A stretch of 64,000 nt of DNA. Source: Candidatus Dormiibacterota bacterium. GTDB lineage: Bacteria > Chloroflexota > Dormibacteria > Dormibacterales > Dormibacteraceae. The stretch lies in NCBI GenBank assembly GCA_035468355.1, contig DATITA010000012.1:15228-79227 (forward strand), written 5' to 3'. Each line of letters opens with the position of its first letter. Position 1 is the first letter of the stretch. The position numbers and the translations under genes are program-made. The notes beneath the pieces are model-generated. The model was not told the DNA's origin, did no database searches, and worked only from the letters and a program-made list of their open reading frames with translations. Shown piece by piece: positions 26,979-36,180 of this stretch.

Positions 26979-29531
26979 ATGAACAACAAGGAGATGCCCA
27001 AAGCGTTTGACCCGCAGGCCGTCCAGGCCGGCTGGTACGCGCGCTGGGAGGCTGACGGCTTGTTCGTCGCCGATGCCTCGAGCAACAAGCCCACGTTCAC
27101 GATGTGCTTCCCACCGCCCAACATCACCGGTGAGCTGCACATGGGGCATGCGCTCCAAACCGCAATCTACGACCTGCTCGCGCGCTACAAGCGAATGAAC
27201 GGATTCGAGGTGCTCTTTCTGCCCGGCTACGACCATGCGGCCATCGCGACGCAGAACGTCATCGAGAAGCAGCTTTCGCGCGAGGGGTCGAGCAAGGAGG
27301 ACCTCGGCCGCGAGAAGTTCGATGCGCGAGTGCAGGACTGGTACGCCACGGTCGGCGCCACGATCATCAACCAGCTGCGATTGCTGGGCGCGTCGATGGA
27401 TTGGAGCCGTCTGCGCTTCACGATGGACTCGAGATACGTCAATGCGGTCATGACCGCGTTCGTCGCTTTCTACGAGCGCGGTTGGATCTACCGCGCGCCG
27501 CGCATCGTCAACTGGTGTCCGCGCGATCGCTCAGCCATCTCCGACCTCGAGATCCAATGGGAAGAGCACCACGACGTGCTGTACCACATCCGTTACCCGA
27601 TCGAGGGCGGTGGGGAAGTGGTGATCGCGACTGTGCGCCCTGAGACCATGCTCGCCGACACCGGCGTCGCCGTGAACCCGGCGGACGATCGCTACGCCAA
27701 CCTGGTCGGGAAGGTTGCGGTGCTCCCGCTCGTCGGCCGCAAGCTGCCTATCGTCGGCGACGAGCTCGTCGAGAAGGACTTCGGCACCGGAGCGCTGAAA
27801 GTCACCCCCGGCCACGACCCGATGGACTACGACATCGGGCAGCGACATTCGCTCGAGACCGTCAATGGAATGCATGAGGACGGCAGCATGAACGTGCCGG
27901 GTCTTCCTTATGACGGCCTGCCTGCGCTCGAGGCGCGCGCGCGAGTGGTGGCGGATCTGCGGGCGCAGGGATTGCTCGTCAAAGAGGAGCCGTACACGCA
28001 CGACGTCGGCCACTGCGACCGCTGTCACGCCGTGATTGAGCCCATGGTCAGCGAACAGTGGTGGCTGCGCATGGAGACCATGCGCGACAAGGCTCTCGAG
28101 GCGTCGGCTGCGGGCAAGGTGCGCTGGCATCCGGAGCGTTACGAGCGGACGTATCTCGACTGGCTCAACGGTCTGCGTGACTGGAACATCGGCCGGCAGC
28201 TGTGGCTCGGGCACCGCGTCCCGGTTTACTACTGCGAGAACGGACACCAGCTTGTGGCGATCGAGAAACCGGCAGCGTGCACCGAGTGCGACAGCCGAGA
28301 CCTCACTCAGGACCCAGACGTTCTCGACACCTGGTTCTCGTCGGCGCTGTGGCCGTTCGCAACATTGGGCTGGCCGGAGAAGACGGATGACCTCGCGGCG
28401 TTTTATCCGACCGACCTCAATGCCACCGCCCGCGAGATCATCAACCTGTGGGTGAGCCGGATGATCATGACCAGCCTGGAATTCATGGGCGAAGTGCCGT
28501 TCTCCGACGTGGCCATCCACTGCCAGGTCCAGGCGGCTGATGGTCGAAGGATGTCGAAGTCGCTAGGCACCGGCGTCGACCCTCGACAGCTGATCGACAA
28601 ATACGGCACCGATGCCCTTCGAGCGTGGGCAGCATCGGTCGCCATGTCGAGCCAGGACGTGCGCTTCGACGAGAGCCGCGTCGAAGGCTACCGCCGATTC
28701 TGCAACAAGCTCTGGAACGCCACGCGCCTGGTCCTGAGCTCGCCAGGCACGCCGCCCTCGGGCCCGCCCGGAATCCTGGAGGCGGGCGAGCACCTCGAAG
28801 ACCGCTGGATACTCTCCCGGCTGGCGTACGCGACATCGGCGGTCACCGCCGGCATCGAGAGCTTCACGTTCCAGGATTCGATCGCGGCCGCGTACGGCTT
28901 CGCGTGGAACGAGTTCTGCGACTGGTACCTGGAGGCGGCCAAGGAGCGGCTGCGCGACGGCGACGCCGCGGCACAGGACGTCGCGTATTTCTGTCTCGAC
29001 AACATCTTTAGGCTCCTGCATCCGTTCATGCCCTTCGTCACGGAGGAGCTGTGGTCGCGGATGCCGGGCACGCGCGACTACCTGATGCGCTCATCGTGGC
29101 CCGAAGGGCTCGACCGCCTCGTGGCTCCCGACGCCGAGGAAAGCTTCGAGCTCGTCATGAGGATCGTCGAAGAGGCCCGTGGCCACCGCCAGGCGGCTGG
29201 CGCCCCGCCGCGCGGGGGCAAGGTCAGGTTCGATGAAGCCGGCCAGACCGTCGCCATGCTGGCCGCACGGCTGGCGTGGCTGGAGCTCGACGATGGGCTC
29301 GAGGGCGGGACGCCGCTGGCGGTCGTGCCAGGTCAGGTGAGCTTTCCCGCAGGGGCCGGCGACGCCCGTCGGGTGTCGGAGCTCAAGCGCTTCAGGGACG
29401 AGCTCGCGAAGGCCGAAGCGAAGCTGGCCAACCCCGACTTCACCTCCAAGGCGCCGCCAGAGATCGTCACCAAGCTCCGGGAGCGCGCGGCGGAGCTTCG
29501 CGCGGCGATCGCTCGACTGAACACTGAGTGA
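26979..29531 (+). CDS. valS: valine--tRNA ligase
   Basis: PPPNITGELHMGHA (HIGH region), KMSKSLG (KMSKS) and a C-terminal coiled coil. Confidence 0.95.
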   Translation: MNNKEMPKAFDPQAVQAGWYARWEADGLFVADASSNKPTFTMCFPPPNITGELHMGHALQTAIYDLLARYKRMNGFEVLFLPGYDHAAIATQNVIEKQLSREGSSKEDLGREKFDARVQDWYATVGATIINQLRLLGASMDWSRLRFTMDSRYVNAVMTAFVAFYERGWIYRAPRIVNWCPRDRSAISDLEIQWEEHHDVLYHIRYPIEGGGEVVIATVRPETMLADTGVAVNPADDRYANLVGKVAVLPLVGRKLPIVGDELVEKDFGTGALKVTPGHDPMDYDIGQRHSLETVNGMHEDGSMNVPGLPYDGLPALEARARVVADLRAQGLLVKEEPYTHDVGHCDRCHAVIEPMVSEQWWLRMETMRDKALEASAAGKVRWHPERYERTYLDWLNGLRDWNIGRQLWLGHRVPVYYCENGHQLVAIEKPAACTECDSRDLTQDPDVLDTWFSSALWPFATLGWPEKTDDLAAFYPTDLNATAREIINLWVSRMIMTSLEFMGEVPFSDVAIHCQVQAADGRRMSKSLGTGVDPRQLIDKYGTDALRAWAASVAMSSQDVRFDESRVEGYRRFCNKLWNATRLVLSSPGTPPSGPPGILEAGEHLEDRWILSRLAYATSAVTAGIESFTFQDSIAAAYGFAWNEFCDWYLEAAKERLRDGDAAAQDVAYFCLDNIFRLLHPFMPFVTEELWSRMPGTRDYLMRSSWPEGLDRLVAPDAEESFELVMRIVEEARGHRQAAGAPPRGGKVRFDEAGQTVAMLAARLAWLELDDGLEGGTPLAVVPGQVSFPAGAGDARRVSELKRFRDELAKAEAKLANPDFTSKAPPEIVTKLRERAAELRAAIARLNTE

Positions 29532-29618
29532 AGCCGGCGCACGGAGCCCCGCGCGGCTTGCGCGTGGCTGCTCCGACGCGAACCGTGCCGCGCACCCTCG
29601 CGTCGCTACGCTAGCGCG

Positions 29619-31277
29619 ATGCCGTCGCTCGTCGTGCTGGCGCCGATCCTCATCCCGCTGGTCGCCGCAGCCCTCATCACCGCATTCGGCCTGGCCGGCG
29701 TGGATCTTGGCCGCATCTCCTGCGCCGTCGGGGCCTGGGGAGCCGTCGCGGCGCTGCTGCTCCTGTGGCTTTCGGTGCGCTCCACTCAGGACCTGAACCT
29801 CGGCCCCCTTGGTTTCGGCTCGCCGCTGCTGCTGCGAATCGACGCCGTCGGGTTTGCGTTCGGCCTGATGGTCACGGTACCCGCGGCGGTGCTGCTGTCG
29901 CTGCAGCCCCGTACGTGGCAGGAGGCGACCGTTGCCCTCGTCGGCGTCGCGGCGGCCATCACGGCGATCGAATCGGGCGGGGTGGTCCTGTGCGCCTTCG
30001 CAGGTGGAACCGCGGCCACCCTGGCGGTGGTGCAGCTCGACACGGAGGACGTGAAGGCGCCGCGCCCGAGCTGGGGTCTCCTGCTCGGCTCGTGGCTGGC
30101 CCTGAGCTGGGCCGGCGTGATCTTCGAAGCCCGCGTGGGCACCGACGGCTTCGCAGCGGTGCCGGTCGCCAACCTGACGGGCCCGGTCTTCGCGCTGATC
30201 GCAGTCGCCGCCCTCGGCGCTTCGGGACTGTTTCCGTGGCGGTCATGGCCCGCGATCGTGTGGTCGCGGCCCTCCCTGCGCGCGGCCGGGATGTCGGTCG
30301 CAACCCTGTACCCCCTGGGTTTCTACCTGCTCGTCCGAGCGTACGAGATAGGGGATGGCCGGTACCCGCAACCTGGCCTGAACGTGGTGCTGGGCGGCCT
30401 CGGCGTCGCCGTCGCGCTCAGCGCCGCGATCCGCGCCCAGGGAGCGGCGACCCGGCGCGACTTTCTCGCAGAGGTCATCCCCGGCTTTGGCGGTTTCGCG
30501 CTCATGATGATCGCGCTGGGCACGCCGCTCGGACTCGTGGCCGGCCTGCTCAGCCTCGCCACCGCGTCTGCGCTGACCGCCTGCCTCGCACTTCTTCCCG
30601 ACCGGGCGGGCCTGGCTTCCCTGTTTGCCGTCGCCGCCGCCGCCGGCCTGCCGCCCGGCTTCGCCTTCGGCGCTCGCGTGCTGGGTCTGGAGGCGACCTT
30701 CGAAGCGGGCAACTCCATCGGCCTGATCGGCCTGGCCGGGGCGGCCACCTGGGTGGTCTGGATCGTGGCAGCCGCGCGAGCCATCGGCCTGCCCGGGGGC
30801 CCCGGGCATGCGGTCGCCGAGACGTTTCCGCGAATTGCGATGGCCATCGCCGCGGTCACGATCGTCGCGGGGCCCGCCCTCGCTGCTTTCCAGTCCGCTT
30901 TCGCGAACCCGGCCCAGGGCAAGGTGATGACCGGGAGCTCGGCCGGTTCGGTGGCGGGCGGGCTGGTGAGCGTGGAGACTGTCTCGACCGTGCTTCCTGC
31001 CCTCAGTCTCTTCATTCCGCTGCTGGCGATCGCAGTGCTGGTTTACGCCTTCGCCGGCACCACGCCGGTTCGGGGCCAGACGCGGCCGGCGCTGTTCACG
31101 ATGCCCGGACGGCAACCCTTCGCCCGGCTGTGGGCCGCCGTCCGCGCCACCCGTGTTCCAGACCAGTACCGCTCGATTGTCGACCTGCGTGCCATCGAGT
31201 CGGCTGCGGCGGGTGGTCATGCGGTGCTGTGGCTCGCTGCTCTGGCCGCCCTCGTTTTTGCGGTCACCCGCCAGTGA
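29619..31277 (+). CDS. polytopic membrane protein, degenerate NuoL/M/N-MrpD (proton-antiporter-like) fold candidate
   Basis: 552 aa and about 14-16 TM helices. AIRAQGAATRRDFLAEVIPGFGGFALMMIALG lines up by eye with the family block A-x-x-Q-x-x-x-KR-x-LAYSS-x-x-x-x-G, but the Lys and YSS positions are substituted. Confidence 0.5.
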   Translation: MPSLVVLAPILIPLVAAALITAFGLAGVDLGRISCAVGAWGAVAALLLLWLSVRSTQDLNLGPLGFGSPLLLRIDAVGFAFGLMVTVPAAVLLSLQPRTWQEATVALVGVAAAITAIESGGVVLCAFAGGTAATLAVVQLDTEDVKAPRPSWGLLLGSWLALSWAGVIFEARVGTDGFAAVPVANLTGPVFALIAVAALGASGLFPWRSWPAIVWSRPSLRAAGMSVATLYPLGFYLLVRAYEIGDGRYPQPGLNVVLGGLGVAVALSAAIRAQGAATRRDFLAEVIPGFGGFALMMIALGTPLGLVAGLLSLATASALTACLALLPDRAGLASLFAVAAAAGLPPGFAFGARVLGLEATFEAGNSIGLIGLAGAATWVVWIVAAARAIGLPGGPGHAVAETFPRIAMAIAAVTIVAGPALAAFQSAFANPAQGKVMTGSSAGSVAGGLVSVETVSTVLPALSLFIPLLAIAVLVYAFAGTTPVRGQTRPALFTMPGRQPFARLWAAVRATRVPDQYRSIVDLRAIESAAAGGHAVLWLAALAALVFAVTRQ

Positions 31278-31281
31278 CCTT

Positions 31282-31824
31282 TTGATCGCAGCGGTCGGAG
31301 CTTTTCTTGGCTGGTTGGGCGTCTCGACCATCGTGCTCGCCGATGGGCGCCGCGGGCTTGCCGCCGGGCTCGCCGTCGCGACCGCCGGCCTCGCTGCCAT
31401 TGCGTGGCAGAACGGCGATGGCGTGGCCGCCGTGATCGTTTTGATCGGCGGCGGCGCGGCGGCGGTGCTGCGCTACCGTGCGGGTCCAGGCGGCTGGGCT
31501 ATGATGCCGCCCGGTTCCACGCCGCGCCTGATCATGTGCGTGGCGGGAGGCCTCGTCGCATTGTGGTTCGCGGCTTCGGTGACCACCGGCTCCGGCGGCG
31601 CGACTCGCTTCGCGGTGTTGAGCGTCATCGGGTTGAGCGGTGCTCGGATCGTGTCTAGCCGCGAGCCTTCGAGCGTGGTGACCGCCGTGGCCGTTCTTGC
31701 TCTCTCCGCCGCTATCGCCACTCACCTCGGGGCCGGCTCTCCCGGCCTCTGGCCCTACGTCGCGGCCGCCTTGGTCGCCGCTGCAGCGCCGCTGGTACCG
31801 GTGCGGGTCGCCAATGCCTCCTGA
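31282..31824 (+). CDS. small polytopic membrane protein (about 5 TM; a NuoJ-like role is speculative)
   Basis: I infer a TTG start at 31282, 5 nt after the upstream stop. 180 aa, Ala/Gly/Val-rich helices. Confidence 0.4.
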   Translation: MIAAVGAFLGWLGVSTIVLADGRRGLAAGLAVATAGLAAIAWQNGDGVAAVIVLIGGGAAAVLRYRAGPGGWAMMPPGSTPRLIMCVAGGLVALWFAASVTTGSGGATRFAVLSVIGLSGARIVSSREPSSVVTAVAVLALSAAIATHLGAGSPGLWPYVAAALVAAAAPLVPVRVANAS

Positions 31825-32866
31825 CGTGGCCACGTGCCTGCCCCTGCTAATCGCCGCGGCGGCGGCCCTGGGACTCGCGGTCGCGATGTCGCCTCCGCGA
31901 GTATCCAGGACCGCGCTCCTGGCGAGAGGGGGAACCGGGCTCGCCGGCATGGTGGCCATCGCCTTGGCGCCGAGCCTCGACCTCCTGGTGTTGGCGCTCC
32001 TGGTCCTGGCGGTGCTTCACGCCTCGCTTCCGGGAAAACGCGACTTCGCATCACGACTTCAGATGCCGGTCGTCGCCGTGGTCCTGATCGCCGTGGCGCT
32101 CCTGTTCGCTCGGGTGCAGGGCCCCGAGATGCTGCAGAGGTTCGCGGCCGTCGGGCTCGCCGCCGGCGTCGCCGCATGTGTGGGATTGCTGCCGTACATC
32201 CACGTCCTCGAACCCGAGGACATGGTGGTCGTGTCGCCCACGGCGTGGATCGGGTTCGTAGGGCCGGTCGCCGCGACTGCGATTCTGATCAAGGTGCGCG
32301 GGCTGCTGTCCCAGGATGCGGGCACCGACCTGGGGGCGATGCTCATAGCGCTGGGCCTGGTCAACATGCTGTGGGGCACGCTCGCGGCATGGAGGGCCGA
32401 GGACTCGACGCGCGCATGGCACTACTCCTTCATGGCGGATTGGGGACTGGCGCTGTGCGGTTTCGGCCTGACCGTCACCGAGGGCCAGGGGGCAGCCTTG
32501 TTGATCCTGTCGAGCATCGTGTTCGGCAGGCTGCCGCTGTATCTCGCGTCGCGCCAGGCGCTCCGTGAGCACCAGTCGGCCGACCGCCCGATCAACCTCA
32601 TGGTGGCCGCCGTGCTGGCCGGGTCGGCCCCTTTCGCAGGTTTCGCAGCCAGGGTCTTGCTCCTGCGCGCGGCGACGCAGATGTACTGGCCGCTGGCCCT
32701 CGTGCTGGCGGCCGGCATGCTGCTGTGGCTCCCGGTGGCGCTCAGGCTCGGCCGCACGTTGGGCCAGCCTCGCGGGCGCCAGGCGCTCGGCGTGGGCATC
32801 GTGATCGCCGCCAACGCGGTGGTGGGCCTCTATCCCCTGCCGCTGCTCACCCTGGCCGGCCGATGA
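31814..32866 (+). CDS. polytopic membrane protein, degenerate antiporter-like (NuoN/MrpD-like) candidate
   Basis: The ATG at 31814 overlaps the upstream gene by 11 nt. LWGTLAAWRAEDSTRAWHYSFMADWGLALCGFGL parallels G-x-L-x-A-x-x-Q-x-D-x-KR-x-LAYSS-I-x-x-x-G. Confidence 0.5.
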   Translation: MPPDVATCLPLLIAAAAALGLAVAMSPPRVSRTALLARGGTGLAGMVAIALAPSLDLLVLALLVLAVLHASLPGKRDFASRLQMPVVAVVLIAVALLFARVQGPEMLQRFAAVGLAAGVAACVGLLPYIHVLEPEDMVVVSPTAWIGFVGPVAATAILIKVRGLLSQDAGTDLGAMLIALGLVNMLWGTLAAWRAEDSTRAWHYSFMADWGLALCGFGLTVTEGQGAALLILSSIVFGRLPLYLASRQALREHQSADRPINLMVAAVLAGSAPFAGFAARVLLLRAATQMYWPLALVLAAGMLLWLPVALRLGRTLGQPRGRQALGVGIVIAANAVVGLYPLPLLTLAGR

Positions 32867-33672
32867 TCCAGATCCTGTCGGCCCTCGGCGCGCACTCCCT
32901 GGCGCTGCTCGTTTATCCCGGCCTACTCACCCTGCTCGCTTTCGGCGGCCTGGTCGAGATCGCGTGGGGCAGGCTTGCTCATGGAGTCTGGAAGCTCTCC
33001 GAGGTGCCGCGCCGCAGGCCCACGCCTGTTGCCGCCACGGTCGCCATCTGTTCGGTACTCGCCGCGGTCCAGCTGGCGGCGCCCTACAACCCCGTGCCGA
33101 CCGAGGAGCGCAGCGTGGTGATCGCCGCCATCGCGCTCGCTTTCACGGTCTGGGCTGAGCTTGCGCTGACCGTTGAGCACGTCCCTGAGCCCAGCATCCT
33201 GCTCGTCGTCGAGTTCTGCTGGCTGCTCGCGGTCTTGGGCCCGGCGGTGCAGCCGGAAAGCCTTCGACCGCAGGTGTTGGGAAACGTGCTGGTGCCGGCG
33301 CTTCTCCCGGTGAAGGTGGCGAGCGGGCTTCTCTATCTTCTTTGCCTGCCCGCGCTGCTCCGCGTCTGGCCATTTTCACCACCGGCCGACCGGCGAAGCA
33401 GGCAGCGGTTCGACCTCGCGAGAGCGCTGTCCTGGTTCTCGTACTGCGGGCTTTTCACGACACTATTCGTCCCGCCTGCGGCTGCCGGACTGCCGGCGCT
33501 GTTGCGGTTTTTCGGGATCACCTTCGGGGTGGCGGCCCTGATGGTGGTGGGGGGTCTCGTGATGGACCGGCGCGGGCCGACGCTCGCGCGAGGCCTGTAC
33601 ACGCGCGCCATGCCGCCCTTCGCCCTGTTGGTGCTGCTGCTGGTGATCGGGACCTCGTTCATCGTCCGCTGA
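32863..33672 (+). CDS. polytopic membrane protein (weak NuoH/HycD-like resemblance)
   Basis: ATGA overlap with the upstream gene. 269 aa and about 8 TM helices. The family resemblance is weak and rests on pattern only. Confidence 0.35.
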   Translation: MIQILSALGAHSLALLVYPGLLTLLAFGGLVEIAWGRLAHGVWKLSEVPRRRPTPVAATVAICSVLAAVQLAAPYNPVPTEERSVVIAAIALAFTVWAELALTVEHVPEPSILLVVEFCWLLAVLGPAVQPESLRPQVLGNVLVPALLPVKVASGLLYLLCLPALLRVWPFSPPADRRSRQRFDLARALSWFSYCGLFTTLFVPPAAAGLPALLRFFGITFGVAALMVVGGLVMDRRGPTLARGLYTRAMPPFALLVLLLVIGTSFIVR

Positions 33673-33750
33673 GCAGCCCCGCGCTGCTCGGATCCTGGTG
33701 GTAGCACCCCACATCTGGGGTCAACCTGTGGAAAACACCGCTACCAGGTG

Positions 33751-33756
33751 TATGAT
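33751..33756 (+). promoter_or_regulatory. -10-like box TATGAT upstream of mreB
   Basis: TATGAT lies 44 nt before the TTG at 33800. No convincing -35 element. Confidence 0.2.
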
Positions 33757-33799
33757 CCACCGCGACCCACCACATTTTGACCCACGACTTCCACGCGCC

Positions 33800-34858
33800 T
33801 TGAACCTGTTTTCGTCCGTGTTGGGGATCTGGTCGGCCGACGTCGGCATCGACCTCGGGACCGCCAACACGCTCGTCCACGTGCGGGGTCGGGGCATCGT
33901 GCTCAATGAACCTTCGGTCGTGGCCGTGAGCAAGCGCACAGGCCAGGTGCTGGCGGTGGGCACAGAGGCCAGGCGCATGCTGGGTCGCACGCCGGCGGAC
34001 ATCGTGGCCAGCCGGCCGCTTCGCAACGGCGTGATCGCGGACTTCGAAAGGACGGAGCAGATGATCCGCCACTTCATAGCGCGCGCCCACAACCGCGCCT
34101 GGCACGTGAGCCATCCGCGGATCGTGCTCGGCATCCCGTCAGGCGTCACGGAGGTCGAAAAGCGCGCCGTGACCGACGCCGCGTCGATGGCGGGGGCGCG
34201 AGAAGCTCACCTCATCGAAGAGCCGATGGCTGCCGCGATCGGTGCGGGGCTGCCGGTCCAGGCGGCGGGCGGATCGATGATCGTCGACATCGGCGGGGGC
34301 ACCACCGAGGTCGCGGTGATCTCGCTGGGCGGGGTGGTCGCCGCGACGTCTGCGCGCGTCGGCGGCGACGAGATGGACGACGCCATCGTGCAGTACGTGC
34401 GCAGGACGATGGGCCTGCTCATCGGCGAGCGCACAGCCGAGGACATCAAGGTGGCGATGGGCTCAGCGTTTCCCATGCCGGAAGAGCGGTCTTTCCTGGT
34501 CCGCGGCCGGGACCTGGTCACGGGTCTCCCGAAGACCGTCGAGATGACGACGGCGCACGTTCGCGAGGCGGTGTCCGGCGTGCTCATCGATATCGTGCGG
34601 GCCGTCAAGTCGACCCTGGATGCGACCCCGCCCGAGCTCGTCGACGACATCATGGAACGGGGCATGGTCGTCTGCGGGGGAGGCGCGCTCCTGTCGGGGC
34701 TGGACCAGCTTTTCGCCCATGAGACCTTGATGCCGGTGCGCATCGCGGAGGACCCGCTGACCTGCGTGGTCCGCGGCACGGGGATCGTGCTCGAGGAGAT
34801 CGACACCTTGAACCGGGTCCTGTTGCGGACGCGCCGCGTCCGGGCTCTGCGTTACTAG
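33800..34858 (+). CDS. mreB: rod-shape-determining actin homolog MreB
   Basis: DVGIDLGTANTLV, NEPSVVA and DIGGGTTEVAVISLGG. The start is ambiguous: the TTG at 33800 gives MNLFSSVLGIWSADVGIDLG; alternatives are 33698, 33752 and 33818. Confidence 0.9.
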   Translation: MNLFSSVLGIWSADVGIDLGTANTLVHVRGRGIVLNEPSVVAVSKRTGQVLAVGTEARRMLGRTPADIVASRPLRNGVIADFERTEQMIRHFIARAHNRAWHVSHPRIVLGIPSGVTEVEKRAVTDAASMAGAREAHLIEEPMAAAIGAGLPVQAAGGSMIVDIGGGTTEVAVISLGGVVAATSARVGGDEMDDAIVQYVRRTMGLLIGERTAEDIKVAMGSAFPMPEERSFLVRGRDLVTGLPKTVEMTTAHVREAVSGVLIDIVRAVKSTLDATPPELVDDIMERGMVVCGGGALLSGLDQLFAHETLMPVRIAEDPLTCVVRGTGIVLEEIDTLNRVLLRTRRVRALRY

Positions 34859-34876
34859 TGGACCGCTAGGGCCCAC

Positions 34877-35692
34877 GTGTACGGCAGGACCCAGTCTCGC
34901 TCGACCGGCCTCTTCCTGTGGATGTGCGCCGCCTTGCTCCTGGTCGCGATGGTCAGCCAGCAGTCGTGGGCGGCGGGCGCGCGGGGCGCTGCCAAGAGCG
35001 CGCTGGCGCCGTTCGAATCAGGGCTCACTGCGGCTGGAGCTCAGCTCGGCCGCGTCACGTCGGTGCTGGGGGACATGTCCGTGCTTCACGCCCAAAACCA
35101 GGAACTGCTCGCCGACGATGCGGCGCTGCGCCGCCGGGTCGTCGAGCTCGACGCTGCCGCCAGGGAGAATGCCGCGCTGCGCCAGGCGCTCGACTTCGAG
35201 AGGTCGTTGGGACGTCGCATGGTGGCGGCGCAGGTCGTCGGGCTGGGCCCCGACGGCTTCAGCCGGACTCTTGAGATCGATCGAGGCACGTCCGAGGGCG
35301 TCCAGGCGGGCATGATCGTCGCCACGGGCGCCGGGCTGCTCGGCCGCGTGAGCGAGGCCGGCCCGCATTCGGCGATCGTGCAAACGCTGGCCGCCCCGCA
35401 AAGCCGGGTCAACGTTTTTCTTTCTCGCTCGGGCCTGCAGGGCACGGTGGTCGGCGGTCCCACGGCGCTCCGGATGCAGATCGAGCACAGCATCGGCGTG
35501 GTCGCATCGAACGGCGACTGGGCGATCACCAGCGGGGTCGGTGGGGGGTACCCGCGAGGCCTGGTGGTCGGTGAGATCGCGAGCGTTTCCCACCATGACG
35601 CCGCGACCTTCGACGATGCCGTGCTGGCCTGGGTCAACGATCCCGCCAGCATCAGCCTCGTTCTTGTGATCACTGACTTCACTCCGTCGTGA
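34877..35692 (+). CDS. mreC: rod-shape protein MreC
   Basis: N-terminal TM helix, a coiled coil (LHAQNQELLADDAALRRRVVELD), and beta-domain motifs (GMIVATGAGLLGRV, YPRGLVVGEI). Confidence 0.85.
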   Translation: MYGRTQSRSTGLFLWMCAALLLVAMVSQQSWAAGARGAAKSALAPFESGLTAAGAQLGRVTSVLGDMSVLHAQNQELLADDAALRRRVVELDAAARENAALRQALDFERSLGRRMVAAQVVGLGPDGFSRTLEIDRGTSEGVQAGMIVATGAGLLGRVSEAGPHSAIVQTLAAPQSRVNVFLSRSGLQGTVVGGPTALRMQIEHSIGVVASNGDWAITSGVGGGYPRGLVVGEIASVSHHDAATFDDAVLAWVNDPASISLVLVITDFTPS

Positions 35693-36180
35693 AGAACGCG
35701 ATCGGCGCTGCGTCGTTGTTGGGCGCTGCGCTGATCCAGGTGACGTGGGCGCCCCGATTCGAGATTCTCGGGGCGTTCCCCAACCTCGTGCTGATCGCGG
35801 TCGTCGCGATCACCTGGGTTCGCGGCGTCAAAGCAGGCCTGGCGTGGGCGTGCATCGGGGGCCTGTTCCTCGATCTCACGGCGGCCGGTCCGATCGGCCC
35901 CCACGCCCTGGGTTTGTTGACCGGCGCTTACCTCACCGGATTCTGGACCCGCAACCTCGATCGGCAGAGCGCGGTCCACGTCGCACTTGCGGCGGCTGTT
36001 GGCACGGCTGCCTACTCCATGGTCCTGGTCGGCTCCGATGACACCCTCGGCCTCCCGGTGCCTCCGCTCACCGTCGCGGCCGAGCTCACGATGGCGGCCT
36101 GCGCTTACAACGCCGTTCTGACCCCGCCGGCGCTGGCGCTGCTCCGGAAGGCGCGCTTGACTGCGGCCGACACCGTTTGA
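35689..36180 (+). CDS. mreD: rod-shape protein MreD
   Basis: 163-aa, 5-TM protein between mreC and mrdA. GTGA overlap with mreC. Confidence 0.75.
   Translation: MKNAIGAASLLGAALIQVTWAPRFEILGAFPNLVLIAVVAITWVRGVKAGLAWACIGGLFLDLTAAGPIGPHALGLLTGAYLTGFWTRNLDRQSAVHVALAAAVGTAAYSMVLVGSDDTLGLPVPPLTVAAELTMAACAYNAVLTPPALALLRKARLTAADTV

Noticed and set aside
29531-29559. A hairpin after valS (aagccggcgc...gcgcggctt) as a terminator.
   Set aside because: The stem is bulged, the loop is 10 nt, and there is no U-tract. This is too weak to call.
33698-33799. An upstream extension of mreB (GTG 33698 or ATG 33752).
   Set aside because: The extension (MVAPHIWGQPVENTATRCMIHRDPPHFDPRLPRA) has no counterpart in MreB proteins and would cover the only -10-like box. 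It is kept as an alternative because no start here has a clear SD.
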